Of a stretch of DNA of 63,937 nt, positions 55,851-63,937 are shown piece after piece. Below the pieces are notes generated by a model. It was not told the DNA's origin. It searched no databases and saw only the letters and a program-made list of their open reading frames with translations. Each line of letters opens with the position of its first letter. Positions within the stretch are counted from its first letter, which is position 1. The translations under genes and the position numbers were made by a program. The stretch spans positions 1-63,937 of the forward strand of contig JAQBDA010000231.1 in the NCBI GenBank assembly GCA_032124675.1, in the 5' to 3' direction. The stretch comes from Chloroflexota bacterium (GTDB taxonomy: Bacteria > Chloroflexota > Anaerolineae > Anaerolineales > UBA4823).

Positions 55851-57977
55851 TTAAGCTGGAAGAGGCACGCTGGCGAAGATGCGGGTGCCATTCTGCGGCC
55901 TGCTTTCAACCAGCAGCTCTCCTCCAAGTTCTTCAATCCGCTCACGCATGGTGTGCAGCCCAAAATGACCGGGGTAGTCCTGACTTGTATCGAAGCCGGC
56001 GCCATCATCTTTTACTTCCATGCGGATCGTTCCATTGAGGCATGCCAGACTCACGGTCACATGGCTGGCGCGAGCATGCTTGACGATATTATTCAACGCC
56101 TCCTGTGCTACCCGGTACAGCGACTCTTTCATCCGTAAAGGGATCGGGGGCTCCTCGCACAAATCCAGGTTTACCTCGATCTGGTGGCGGGCGGAAATCG
56201 CCTCGGCGCGCTTGTTCAAGGCAGCTACCAGACCCTCCGAATCGAGCGATTCGGGCCGCAGCTCGAAGATCAACGCCCGCATCTCAGCCAGCCCTGCTTC
56301 GGCCAGTGAGAGCACATAATCCAGCGGACTGGCGAGCTGGTCGATCTCCGTCTCCGGGCGATCTACAAGGGTTCGGGCTGTGCGTGCCCCCAAGGCAATC
56401 CCATACAATGCCTGTGAGACAGAGTCGTGCAGTTCTCTCGCCAGGCGCTGCCGCTCTTCTAATGCTGCCAGGGTCTGGGCGCGTTCGTAGAGGCGGGCAT
56501 TTTCGATGGCAACCGCTGCCTGGTTGGCAAACGCCAGCACTAACTGTGCATTTTGGTGGGTGAATTGATCTGGCTGATCGTGATCTACCCGCAGAATACC
56601 GATGATTCGCTCTTTGACCATCAGGGGTACTCCCAGCCAGGAGCGCACATAGTCCAGGGTCTCGCCAATATCACCAGCACGGTGGAATTCGATCTCTTCT
56701 GAATCGACCCCTGCATCCCTGATATCGGCGTAGATCACAGCGTTCCGCGTGCGCATCACCTTCCGGTAGCCCGAAGGCTGCCTGACCGGTATGCGCATGC
56801 TCAGGACCAACTCCCGGTTTGCCGGTCCCACATAGTCCATAAATACGAAATATCCATCATCAATCGTGGCAATACCTGCACCGGTATAGTCCAGCACAGT
56901 CTTTAGCTGGCCAAGCACGAGCTCGAGCAGCGGTCTCAGCTCCAGGGTGGAGGCAACATTGCGACCTAATTCCAACAACGCAGCGATCTCCCGGGTTCGC
57001 TCCGCCACACGCTGTTCCAGCAACTGGTAGGCCTGTTCTAGCTCTTCATTGACCTGCGAAATCTCACTCGTCCGCTGGCGGACAGATACTGCAAGCTGAG
57101 ACTGGCGGTTGACCGATAAGTACACAAGGCTGGCAATCAGCAGGACGATGGTCAGCAGCCCGGCTTGGAAGATCAGCAGATCACTGCGAATGGCTGCATA
57201 CCAGCCCCCTTTCGGCACACCCGCCAGGACCCAGATACCGTCTGGCAGGTTAATCCGCTGGGCGAGCGGGTTAGCCCGGGTGACTTCTTCCGAGCCGTAG
57301 AATATCTGCCCGGATTGATCCTGCAAGACCAGATCATATTCCTCCGCGCGCGTTCCGACACCTGCCAGTTCCAGGATGGGACGCAGGTCTATCACCAAGG
57401 TCACCAGCCCCCAGTACCGGTCGCCCTGGTAGACTGCCCTGCGAGCGATCACTCCGATCCCGCTGTCCGCCAGCTCGGTAGGCCCGCTCAAGACAATCTG
57501 TCGCGTTTCGATGGCACGCTCAACATCAGCCTGCACGCCCGGGCGTGGATCATTCAGCGGGTCGTAGCCAACAACCCGCACATTGTCTTCGATCGGGTAA
57601 ACATAATAGACCACCCCTCCTGGGGCAACCGCGATGGTGCGGATTCCGCTCGTACTGCTGTAAACACCCGCGGCAAAAAGCTCGAAATTATTACCGAAAT
57701 TCTCGTCCTGGATCACCACCTGAGAGAAGGCGTACAGTCCATCCAGCAAGGAGATACGGCGGTTCAGGGCTGCCGACAGCGCACTGGCACGCAGGGACAC
57801 CAGGTCTGCGGCGCGGGATTGAGCTTCATTCAGCAGACGTGACTCATACCAGCGGCTGGCAAGCCACCACGCGGGGAGCATTATCGCCAGTGCCAGCAGT
57901 GTAGCCAGCAAAGCGCCTACGATAGGGCGCTGCAGCCAGCTCCGCAGGCGCTGGATGAGTGACAATCTCTGATTCAT
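55851..57977 (-). CDS. Membrane sensor kinase, CHASE-like plus GAF plus HisKA_3 (NarX/NarQ-type core)
   Basis: Two TM segments flanking an extracytoplasmic domain, GAF, EERQRLARELHDSVSQ, QEALNNIVKHA, DDGAGF, GHFGL. Confidence 0.9.
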   Translation of the reverse strand: MNQRLSLIQRLRSWLQRPIVGALLATLLALAIMLPAWWLASRWYESRLLNEAQSRAADLVSLRASALSAALNRRISLLDGLYAFSQVVIQDENFGNNFELFAAGVYSSTSGIRTIAVAPGGVVYYVYPIEDNVRVVGYDPLNDPRPGVQADVERAIETRQIVLSGPTELADSGIGVIARRAVYQGDRYWGLVTLVIDLRPILELAGVGTRAEEYDLVLQDQSGQIFYGSEEVTRANPLAQRINLPDGIWVLAGVPKGGWYAAIRSDLLIFQAGLLTIVLLIASLVYLSVNRQSQLAVSVRQRTSEISQVNEELEQAYQLLEQRVAERTREIAALLELGRNVASTLELRPLLELVLGQLKTVLDYTGAGIATIDDGYFVFMDYVGPANRELVLSMRIPVRQPSGYRKVMRTRNAVIYADIRDAGVDSEEIEFHRAGDIGETLDYVRSWLGVPLMVKERIIGILRVDHDQPDQFTHQNAQLVLAFANQAAVAIENARLYERAQTLAALEERQRLARELHDSVSQALYGIALGARTARTLVDRPETEIDQLASPLDYVLSLAEAGLAEMRALIFELRPESLDSEGLVAALNKRAEAISARHQIEVNLDLCEEPPIPLRMKESLYRVAQEALNNIVKHARASHVTVSLACLNGTIRMEVKDDGAGFDTSQDYPGHFGLHTMRERIEELGGELLVESRPQNGTRIFASVPLPA

Positions 57978-58187
57978 AGATCACGTCCCAGCAGTTTAAT
58001 CGCTGATCATGTCCATTATACAAAAATTTGGAGGAATATGTTGACGAACCCGATCCTTATGGAATTGCCTTGGGAAAAAGATCACAGACGGAAATCCTGA
58101 GGTACAATCATCGCAAATAGAAAGATGATATTTAAAACCATGGCACTGGGGGGAGCCTGGAATCAATTCGATATAAGGAGATATTCA

Positions 58188-58655
58188 ATGAAAGGCAATG
58201 ATAAGGTCATCGCATGTTTAAACGACCTGCTGTCAGACGAACTGACAGCGATCAACCAGTACATGGTACACTCCGAAATGTGCGCCAACTGGGGGTACGA
58301 AAAGCTGCACCAGATCACCGAACAGCGGGCTATCCAGGAGATGAAGCATGCTGAGATGCACATTGCTCGGATCATCTTCCTGGAGAGCACTCCGGTAGTC
58401 AATCAATACAAGAAAATCACCATCGGCAAAGACGTGACCGCGCAATTACAAGGTGACCTCGACGCCGAAACCGAGGCTGTCAAAGTATACAATGATGGCA
58501 TTCGTCTGGCAGTCGAAGCCGGTGATAACGGCACCCGCGAGATGCTCGAGGCCGTCCTCAAAGATGAGGAAGGTCACCTGGACTGGCTCGAGGCTCAGCT
58601 CGACCAGATCAGCCAGATGGGCATCCAGAACTACCTTACCGAACAGCTCGGTTAA
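58188..58655 (+). CDS. bfr: Bacterioferritin
   Basis: AAGGAG SD; ELTAINQY, EMKHA (heme Met), DEEGHLDWLE ferroxidase ligands. Confidence 0.95.
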   Translation: MKGNDKVIACLNDLLSDELTAINQYMVHSEMCANWGYEKLHQITEQRAIQEMKHAEMHIARIIFLESTPVVNQYKKITIGKDVTAQLQGDLDAETEAVKVYNDGIRLAVEAGDNGTREMLEAVLKDEEGHLDWLEAQLDQISQMGIQNYLTEQLG

Positions 58656-58700
58656 AGGCGATTAAAACGCTATCCTGAAAACGAACATTTTGGGGAGTAC

Positions 58701-58734
58701 AAACAGGGCCACCTCAAACGAGGTGGTCCTGTTT
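58701..58734. terminator. Bidirectional terminator between bfr and the TspO-like gene
   Basis: aaacagggccacctc-aaac-gaggtggtcctgttt: 15-bp stem with one G-T and A/T ends. Confidence 0.8.
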
Positions 58735-58744
58735 ATGCCAACGG

Positions 58745-59524
58745 TCAGCCTGCAGGAGCCGGCGCCGGAGCCCGTCTGCGGTGATAAATAACACCGGCAA
58801 TCAGCAAGACCACCACAGCTCCGGAGGCGACCCATGCAGCCGCTGCCACGCTCGGGGTACCGGCATGCTTGACCGCGATGCCCACGAACGCCCAGATGAT
58901 GACCAGAAGGTAAGCTGCATCGCCTCGGGTGAACGCTATCAGCCCTGCGATAACAGTACTTGCAGCCAGCATGATCGCCGTCCAGATCTCATCACCGATC
59001 CCCCACCCGCTCCAGTTCAGATAGCTCAGCAAAGATGTAGCGTTGGCGATGGTCGCCACCGTTATCCAGCCCAGATAAATGCTGAAAGGGACATCCACCA
59101 GCCATTTCTCAGCCCTGGGCACCTCCACCAGACCGATCCCCAGGCGCAGGTAAATAGCGATCAACAGCCCCAACAAGACGACCATTACCACCAATGTCAG
59201 CGGGAATATGTTGTAATGCCATAGGAACAACCAGACGATATTGGCAAGGCAGCTCAGGATGAACAGCACATCGATGCTTGCCAGGCGGGGATTGGTGCGC
59301 TGAGCAGGCAGCACCTGGTAAACCGAGTAAAGGATCAACCCGAGATAGATCACCCCCCATATAGAAAAGACATATCCCGCAGGCACAAAGTAGACCGGAA
59401 AGCGATCCGAAATCTCACCGGTCATCTGTCCATTCAATGGCAAGGCATTTGCCAGCCCATTTATAGCAATGGTAGCCATCACGGCCAATATAACGAGCAT
59501 CTGTACGGTGACACTTCGCTTCAT
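58745..59524 (-). CDS. Tryptophan-rich sensory (TspO/MBR-related) membrane protein
   Basis: PAGYVFSIWGVIY, NIVWLFLW, PFSIYLGWITVATIAN; multiple TM segments; GGAGG SD. Confidence 0.78.
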   Translation of the reverse strand: MKRSVTVQMLVILAVMATIAINGLANALPLNGQMTGEISDRFPVYFVPAGYVFSIWGVIYLGLILYSVYQVLPAQRTNPRLASIDVLFILSCLANIVWLFLWHYNIFPLTLVVMVVLLGLLIAIYLRLGIGLVEVPRAEKWLVDVPFSIYLGWITVATIANATSLLSYLNWSGWGIGDEIWTAIMLAASTVIAGLIAFTRGDAAYLLVIIWAFVGIAVKHAGTPSVAAAAWVASGAVVVLLIAGVIYHRRRAPAPAPAG

Positions 59525-59643
59525 TTTGAAACCTCCATATTAATGCTTCGAACAGAAATTAAGCGGATGAGTGATAGTGGTGAACATCTAGGCGGGTAAC
59601 TCCCTCCAATGTTTTCAGGACATCTGCATGAATCCTGGGCTTG

Positions 59644-60204
59644 TTACTCTACAAGATGGGCGGCGGCATCGCGTGAATGGACTACCTTCCCATACGTGCC
59701 ATCCAACGCTGCCAGAAATGACCGGTGGACAAAATCCGCAGTAACCTGCTGCCCCTCAAACTGGAGGTCCCGTGTTGCACAGGCGTCCCCGGCGATAAGA
59801 CATTCGAAACCCAGATCATTAGCTGCGCGTACAGTGGCATCGACACACATATGGGTCATCATACCGCAGACCAGCAGCCGGGCAACCTGGCTGCCGTGCA
59901 GGTGCTCCAGCAAATGGGTTTCCCGGAAGCTATTCGGGAAGTGTTTTTGGATCACGGTTTCGCTTTCCCGCGGTTGTATCGATGGGTGAACCTCAACCCC
60001 CGGCGTTCCCGGTTGGAAGAAAGCTGCTCCAACCTGGGTGGCGATGTGCTGGACAAAGACCACCGGCTGTTGGGTCTGCCGGAAATAATCCAGGAGATAT
60101 CCGGCTTGCTGGCTGGCTTCAAGGCTACCGACAAGTTCCATTTTCCCGCCCGGAAAATAGTCGTTCTGGATATCAACCAGCAAGAGTGCGGTTTTCTTCG
60201 TCAT
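59644..60204 (-). CDS. Cysteine hydrolase (isochorismatase family)
   Basis: ALLLVDIQNDYF, KHFPNSF, GMMTHMCVDAT. Start likely 60204. Confidence 0.9.
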   Translation of the reverse strand: MTKKTALLLVDIQNDYFPGGKMELVGSLEASQQAGYLLDYFRQTQQPVVFVQHIATQVGAAFFQPGTPGVEVHPSIQPRESETVIQKHFPNSFRETHLLEHLHGSQVARLLVCGMMTHMCVDATVRAANDLGFECLIAGDACATRDLQFEGQQVTADFVHRSFLAALDGTYGKVVHSRDAAAHLVE

Positions 60205-60361
60205 CGAGCACCTTTCAATTACGGGATATCGATTGACACCGTTCAAGCAGGATCAATCGCTGATTTAAGGTTAGCGTTATAATCTTACCATCCATTCAGT
60301 GGACACTATACCCTGCTCTCGTTTCCGGCCCACCCAGCCAATACTGCTACGGATATGACCC

Positions 60362-61585
60362 ATGATCACCCCAGAAAAAATCGACGAATGGATCAAAGAA
60401 GCCGCAGAGCGACCTGAATCTGCGTCCATGATCATCCAGCACCTCGCAAAGCGGCTGCGCTATCTGGCGCAGCGCAATGAAGAACTGCACAATGAGAACA
60501 TCGCCCTGATGTCCGGTGAACGGGTTGAGGAGTACGAACGCCGTATCACTCATCTGGAATACCAGCTCGACCTTCTTAAGCGCAGGCTCAGCGCTGAGAT
60601 AACGCTGCCGGATGCCGCAGGTGATCCTTATCAAATCGAAGCTTCCCGGCCAACCAAAACCAGCAGCATACTGGTGTATGACCATCTAGGTCATATCCTC
60701 CGCCTCCCGGTCAACCTGGAGGAGATGGAAAGCGGCGCTATGCTATCCTACATCCAGACCGATATTGCCCGCAGGCAGGAGCCACCCGGGATGCTGGCTC
60801 TGCTTTCGTCCGATGAGCTGCTGCTGGTGTTCAATTCTGGGCGGGTCGCGGCGCTTCCTGTGGAGGAGATAGCCGCCTCCCCGGCAGGCGGACAGCTAAC
60901 CCTGGACCAGGCACCCATCCCGGATGAGCCGCGCGGTATCGAACGTCTGGCATGCCTGGTGCCGATTGCCAGGCTGCCCCTGATCGATTCGATTATTCAG
61001 GTCAGCCGCAAGGCTTATGCCAAGAAAATTGGGTCCTCGATGATCGAAACGATCCTGGCAAACCAGTATATCGGTTCCGGGGTAAATTTACCTGCCGACC
61101 AGACTTTAAATGTCATCCTGTGTGGAAACGCGGACCAGCTTATCCTGGTCAGCCGAATGGGATATCTCTTACGCATCGAAGCCCGGCATGTATCACATTC
61201 TATCGAGGCTGCGATGCGCTTAGGAAAAACCGATCACCTCGTCTCGGGGTTCCTGATCTATCCTCAACAATCGGTTCTGGTAGCTACACAAACCGGGAAG
61301 CTGATCCATCGTGCGGAGGACAGCTTCGAGGTCAGCACTACTGCCCACACCAAAGGCTTGCCCGTGGTTTCAAAATCCCGCCGTGAGCAGGGCGTGCGGG
61401 TTGTCGGCGCGGCGGCGGTCAGCGAGGATGACTGGGGTGCTGCTCTGCATAAGGATGGGACGATCACACTGCACTCTATGACAGACTTATTTGCCAGCGG
61501 GACGATCCCTGTGGATAGCGAACTGCTGGTATTCACCCGCCTGCCGCTCCCCAGGGCTGAGGTGCGTACCACCGGTGAGGGCTGA
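60362..61585 (+). CDS. Coiled coil plus stand-alone gyrase/topo IV C-terminal beta-pinwheel-like repeats
   Basis: Six repeats of about 50 aa with a hydrophobic strand followed by a Gly turn (SILVYDHLG, ELLLVFNSG, SIIQVSRKA, QLILVSRMG, SVLVATQTG, WGAALHKDG); no topoisomerase catalytic core. Confidence 0.7.
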   Translation: MITPEKIDEWIKEAAERPESASMIIQHLAKRLRYLAQRNEELHNENIALMSGERVEEYERRITHLEYQLDLLKRRLSAEITLPDAAGDPYQIEASRPTKTSSILVYDHLGHILRLPVNLEEMESGAMLSYIQTDIARRQEPPGMLALLSSDELLLVFNSGRVAALPVEEIAASPAGGQLTLDQAPIPDEPRGIERLACLVPIARLPLIDSIIQVSRKAYAKKIGSSMIETILANQYIGSGVNLPADQTLNVILCGNADQLILVSRMGYLLRIEARHVSHSIEAAMRLGKTDHLVSGFLIYPQQSVLVATQTGKLIHRAEDSFEVSTTAHTKGLPVVSKSRREQGVRVVGAAAVSEDDWGAALHKDGTITLHSMTDLFASGTIPVDSELLVFTRLPLPRAEVRTTGEG

Positions 61586-62926
61586 GTGGGATTGAATATC
61601 GGCCTGGACTTCGGTACATCCAATTCCGGCGTGGCGGTCAGCGATGGCGAACGGGTGAAGCTGCTCGCCATCGACCAGCAGAATATGCTGCCCGAGGTGG
61701 TGAAATCCATCCTGTATATCGATCGCAGCCACCGCTGCACCATCGGGCAGGAAGCCATCGAGTTGTACTACCGGCATAACGTCAACCGCCTGCGCCGCTA
61801 CGTGAAGAAGCGGGCAGGCGAGCTGGATTTTCGCGGCGCTGAGATGTACTACGTGCGAGATGTCTATGTTTACGTGGACGAGCTCAAGCCGGGACGGCTG
61901 CTGCAGTACCTGAAAACCACGCTGCGTGAGCCCAGTGGACCCAACGGCTATGCGGGCACGCAGGTCTTCGATCGCTATTACGAAGTGACCGACTTGATCG
62001 GAGCCTATCTGCAGGAGCTGAGGAAACGCGCCGAAACGCTGCTGGGGGAACCGGTCAGTGGGGCAACCCTTGGCAGACCAGTGAAATTTTCAGACGACCC
62101 GCTGGCAGACCGTCATGCGGAAGAGACGCTGCGCCAGGCTGCGCTCCAGGCAGGGTTTACACGGGTGGATTTCGAGCTTGAACCGGTGGCAGCAGCACTG
62201 TACTACGAGAAGACGCTGGATCGTCCGCAGAATGCCCTAATCTTCGACTTCGGCGGTGGCACGCTGGATATCGCCATCATGCACCTGGGGGACCCTGCAG
62301 GACGTCGCGTCTACGCCAGCGGCGGGATCGGCATCGCCGGCAGCGACTTCGACCGGACGATCATCCAGAAGCGCCTGCTGACCCACTTTGGCCAAGGAGA
62401 GGTGCACCACCAGCCAGAACTCCTTGATCTGATCCAGGCTGTGCCAGATTGGGTTGCCCTGCCTGAAATGAGCACACCTCTCACCCGCCAAAACCTGGAG
62501 ACCGCCATCCAGAACGGCATCGCCCCAGCCAGGCTAAGCGCATTGATAGCATTGATATTCAACGACCTGGCGTTCTCATTCTACAACCAGGTCGAAGCAG
62601 CTAAAATCGCCCTATCGGAGCGTGGAACAGCAGTCATCAAGCTGCAGAACCAGGGTATCGATCTTTGGGAGCTGTACACACGGGCTCAGTTCGAGGCGGA
62701 TATCTACGAGCAGCGGGTGGAAATTCAGAAAGTGCTGCTGGAGACAGTAGCCGCTTCCGGGCTGGAACCAGACCAGATCACAGCAGTTGTCCGGACCGGT
62801 GGGTCGTCCAATATCCCGGTGTTCAGTGCCATGCTGGGTGAAATCTTCGGTCCCGAGCGGGTGATTGCATCGAACACATTCAGCAGCGTGGTCTCCGGGC
62901 TGGCGATCCGCGCTGGCAGCAGATAA
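61586..62926 (+). CDS. Hsp70-family ATPase lacking the substrate-binding domain (YegD-like)
   Basis: GLDFGTSNS, EPVAAA, DFGGGTLD, GSDFDR, TGGSSNIP; ends after the NBD. Confidence 0.88.
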   Translation: MGLNIGLDFGTSNSGVAVSDGERVKLLAIDQQNMLPEVVKSILYIDRSHRCTIGQEAIELYYRHNVNRLRRYVKKRAGELDFRGAEMYYVRDVYVYVDELKPGRLLQYLKTTLREPSGPNGYAGTQVFDRYYEVTDLIGAYLQELRKRAETLLGEPVSGATLGRPVKFSDDPLADRHAEETLRQAALQAGFTRVDFELEPVAAALYYEKTLDRPQNALIFDFGGGTLDIAIMHLGDPAGRRVYASGGIGIAGSDFDRTIIQKRLLTHFGQGEVHHQPELLDLIQAVPDWVALPEMSTPLTRQNLETAIQNGIAPARLSALIALIFNDLAFSFYNQVEAAKIALSERGTAVIKLQNQGIDLWELYTRAQFEADIYEQRVEIQKVLLETVAASGLEPDQITAVVRTGGSSNIPVFSAMLGEIFGPERVIASNTFSSVVSGLAIRAGSR

Positions 62927-62991
62927 GACTTTCGACGAAGCCCATAGCTCTTGCTTACAGAACTGAGTGCTTGCGTTACATGTCTCAGCCT

Positions 62992-63627
62992 TCAAGTACT
63001 TACAATTCTTGCAGCAACCCCCGAATAAAGTGCAGCCACACCAAAGAGCATGATCACCACCCCGGAAATCCGGTTGACCCACAGCAAGAGACCTGGTCGC
63101 ATTTTCTGGCCAAATAAACCCACCCCGGCGCTCAGGATGAACCACCACAGCGCAGAGCCAAGGAATACTCCAACCACAATCAATATGGCGGAAAGCAAAT
63201 CCCGGCTCTCCGCCACCAGCCCCAGACCGGTGAAGACTGCTGCAAATGCGATGATCGTGACCGGGTTGGTCAAAGTTAGGAAGAAAGTCGACAGATACGC
63301 GCTGACCAGGCTCTCATTTTTCAGCTCACCATCCTCAACCTGTGGTCTGCTGACCAGGGTGCGGTAGCCCAGGTAAAGCAGGTACAGCCCGCCAACGACC
63401 TTCAGCACGTCCTGGTAGCCGATCAGAAAACCGGCAATGAAGCTCAGCCCGAAAGCTGCGATTGCCCCGTAAACAGAATCGGCGCTAGCTGCCCCCAACC
63501 CAGACACCAGCCCGGCAGCCCGCCCGTACGCCAGCGTGCGCCGGATGCACAGCACACCGATCGGCCCCACCGGCGCGGCGATGGAAAAGCCGATCACCAG
63601 GCCGCGTAAGAAAAGGCCAGCATCCAT
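62992..63627 (-). CDS. LysE-family translocator
   Basis: IAAPVGPIGVLC, G...GLGAA.AD, TLTNPVTI. Start likely 63627. Confidence 0.9.
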   Translation of the reverse strand: MDAGLFLRGLVIGFSIAAPVGPIGVLCIRRTLAYGRAAGLVSGLGAASADSVYGAIAAFGLSFIAGFLIGYQDVLKVVGGLYLLYLGYRTLVSRPQVEDGELKNESLVSAYLSTFFLTLTNPVTIIAFAAVFTGLGLVAESRDLLSAILIVVGVFLGSALWWFILSAGVGLFGQKMRPGLLLWVNRISGVVIMLFGVAALYSGVAARIVST

Positions 63628-63637
63628 ATACCCACCA

Positions 63638-63937
63638 CTAACGATCACCGGTCCGTTGCCCGACTAGCGTGAACAGGCTGTCCTCGGGCTTCACGGGATC
63701 GAAGCTGAACCTGCTGTACGTGACCACATCTCTTAACCCAGCCTGCTCAAATAGCGATCGCGCCTGCCGCTGGGTATATGAGCGCGTGGCAGGTGAGCGG
63801 TGGTGAAGCTCCTCCGCCAACACCACGCCGTCCAGTATCACCTGGTACAGGTCTTCGGTGTGCTCGCACGCCGTCTCCGGCTCATAGCGGGAGCGCGCCA
63901 CCCGGCGGATGACCGCCCCATCCTGGGGGCGTTCTTC
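63638..63937 (-). CDS. Partial CDS open to the window edge, probably a SAM-methyltransferase C-terminus
   Basis: The frame stays open from 63937 (EERPQDGAVIRRV...). The tail LFEQAGLRDVVTY resembles class I methyltransferase C-termini. Confidence 0.5.
   Translation of the reverse strand, partial: EERPQDGAVIRRVARSRYEPETACEHTEDLYQVILDGVVLAEELHHRSPATRSYTQRQARSLFEQAGLRDVVTYSRFSFDPVKPEDSLFTLVGQRTGDR

Noticed and set aside
58080-58187. Fur or DtxR box upstream of bfr
   Set aside because: AT-rich, but no convincing dyad matching either consensus.
1-63937. CRISPR array, cas genes, transposase, integrase, prophage, rRNA
   Set aside because: No regularly spaced direct repeats or diagnostic proteins were seen on either strand.

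Overview
GC-rich bacterial chromosomal window of about 55 genes. The gene content and Pro/Thr-rich lipoproteins suggest an Anaerolineae-like Chloroflexota (inferred, not proven). No CRISPR array, transposase, integrase, prophage or rRNA was seen. Housekeeping genes include rsgA, maf, xpt, guaA, udg, rimI, tsaB, tsaE, pcrA, holB, nth, rnhB, icd, bfr and tRNA-Pro(TGG). The window also holds many signal-transduction genes and a surface-glycan locus with a PAPS-type sulfotransferase. A candidate catabolic island combines a LarA-family racemase, a polar amino-acid ABC transporter, a GlcD-GlcE fusion and a class III aminotransferase. The most unusual items are: (1) a stand-alone GyrA/ParC-type six-blade beta-pinwheel with an N-terminal coiled coil, abutting an NBD-only Hsp70-family ATPase (60362-62926); (2) the LarA/GlcDE/aminotransferase island; (3) the sulfated-glycan locus; (4) a structured intergenic cassette with a sequestered SD, a 14-aa ORF, a terminator and a counter-oriented promoter-like site (39600-39845); (5) an eRF1-like factor with a GGSQ loop beside a J-protein; (6) tandem pseudo-receiver signalling proteins; (7) repeated leaderless-type promoters. 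All product calls come from motif recognition by eye; no database searches or folding programs were run.
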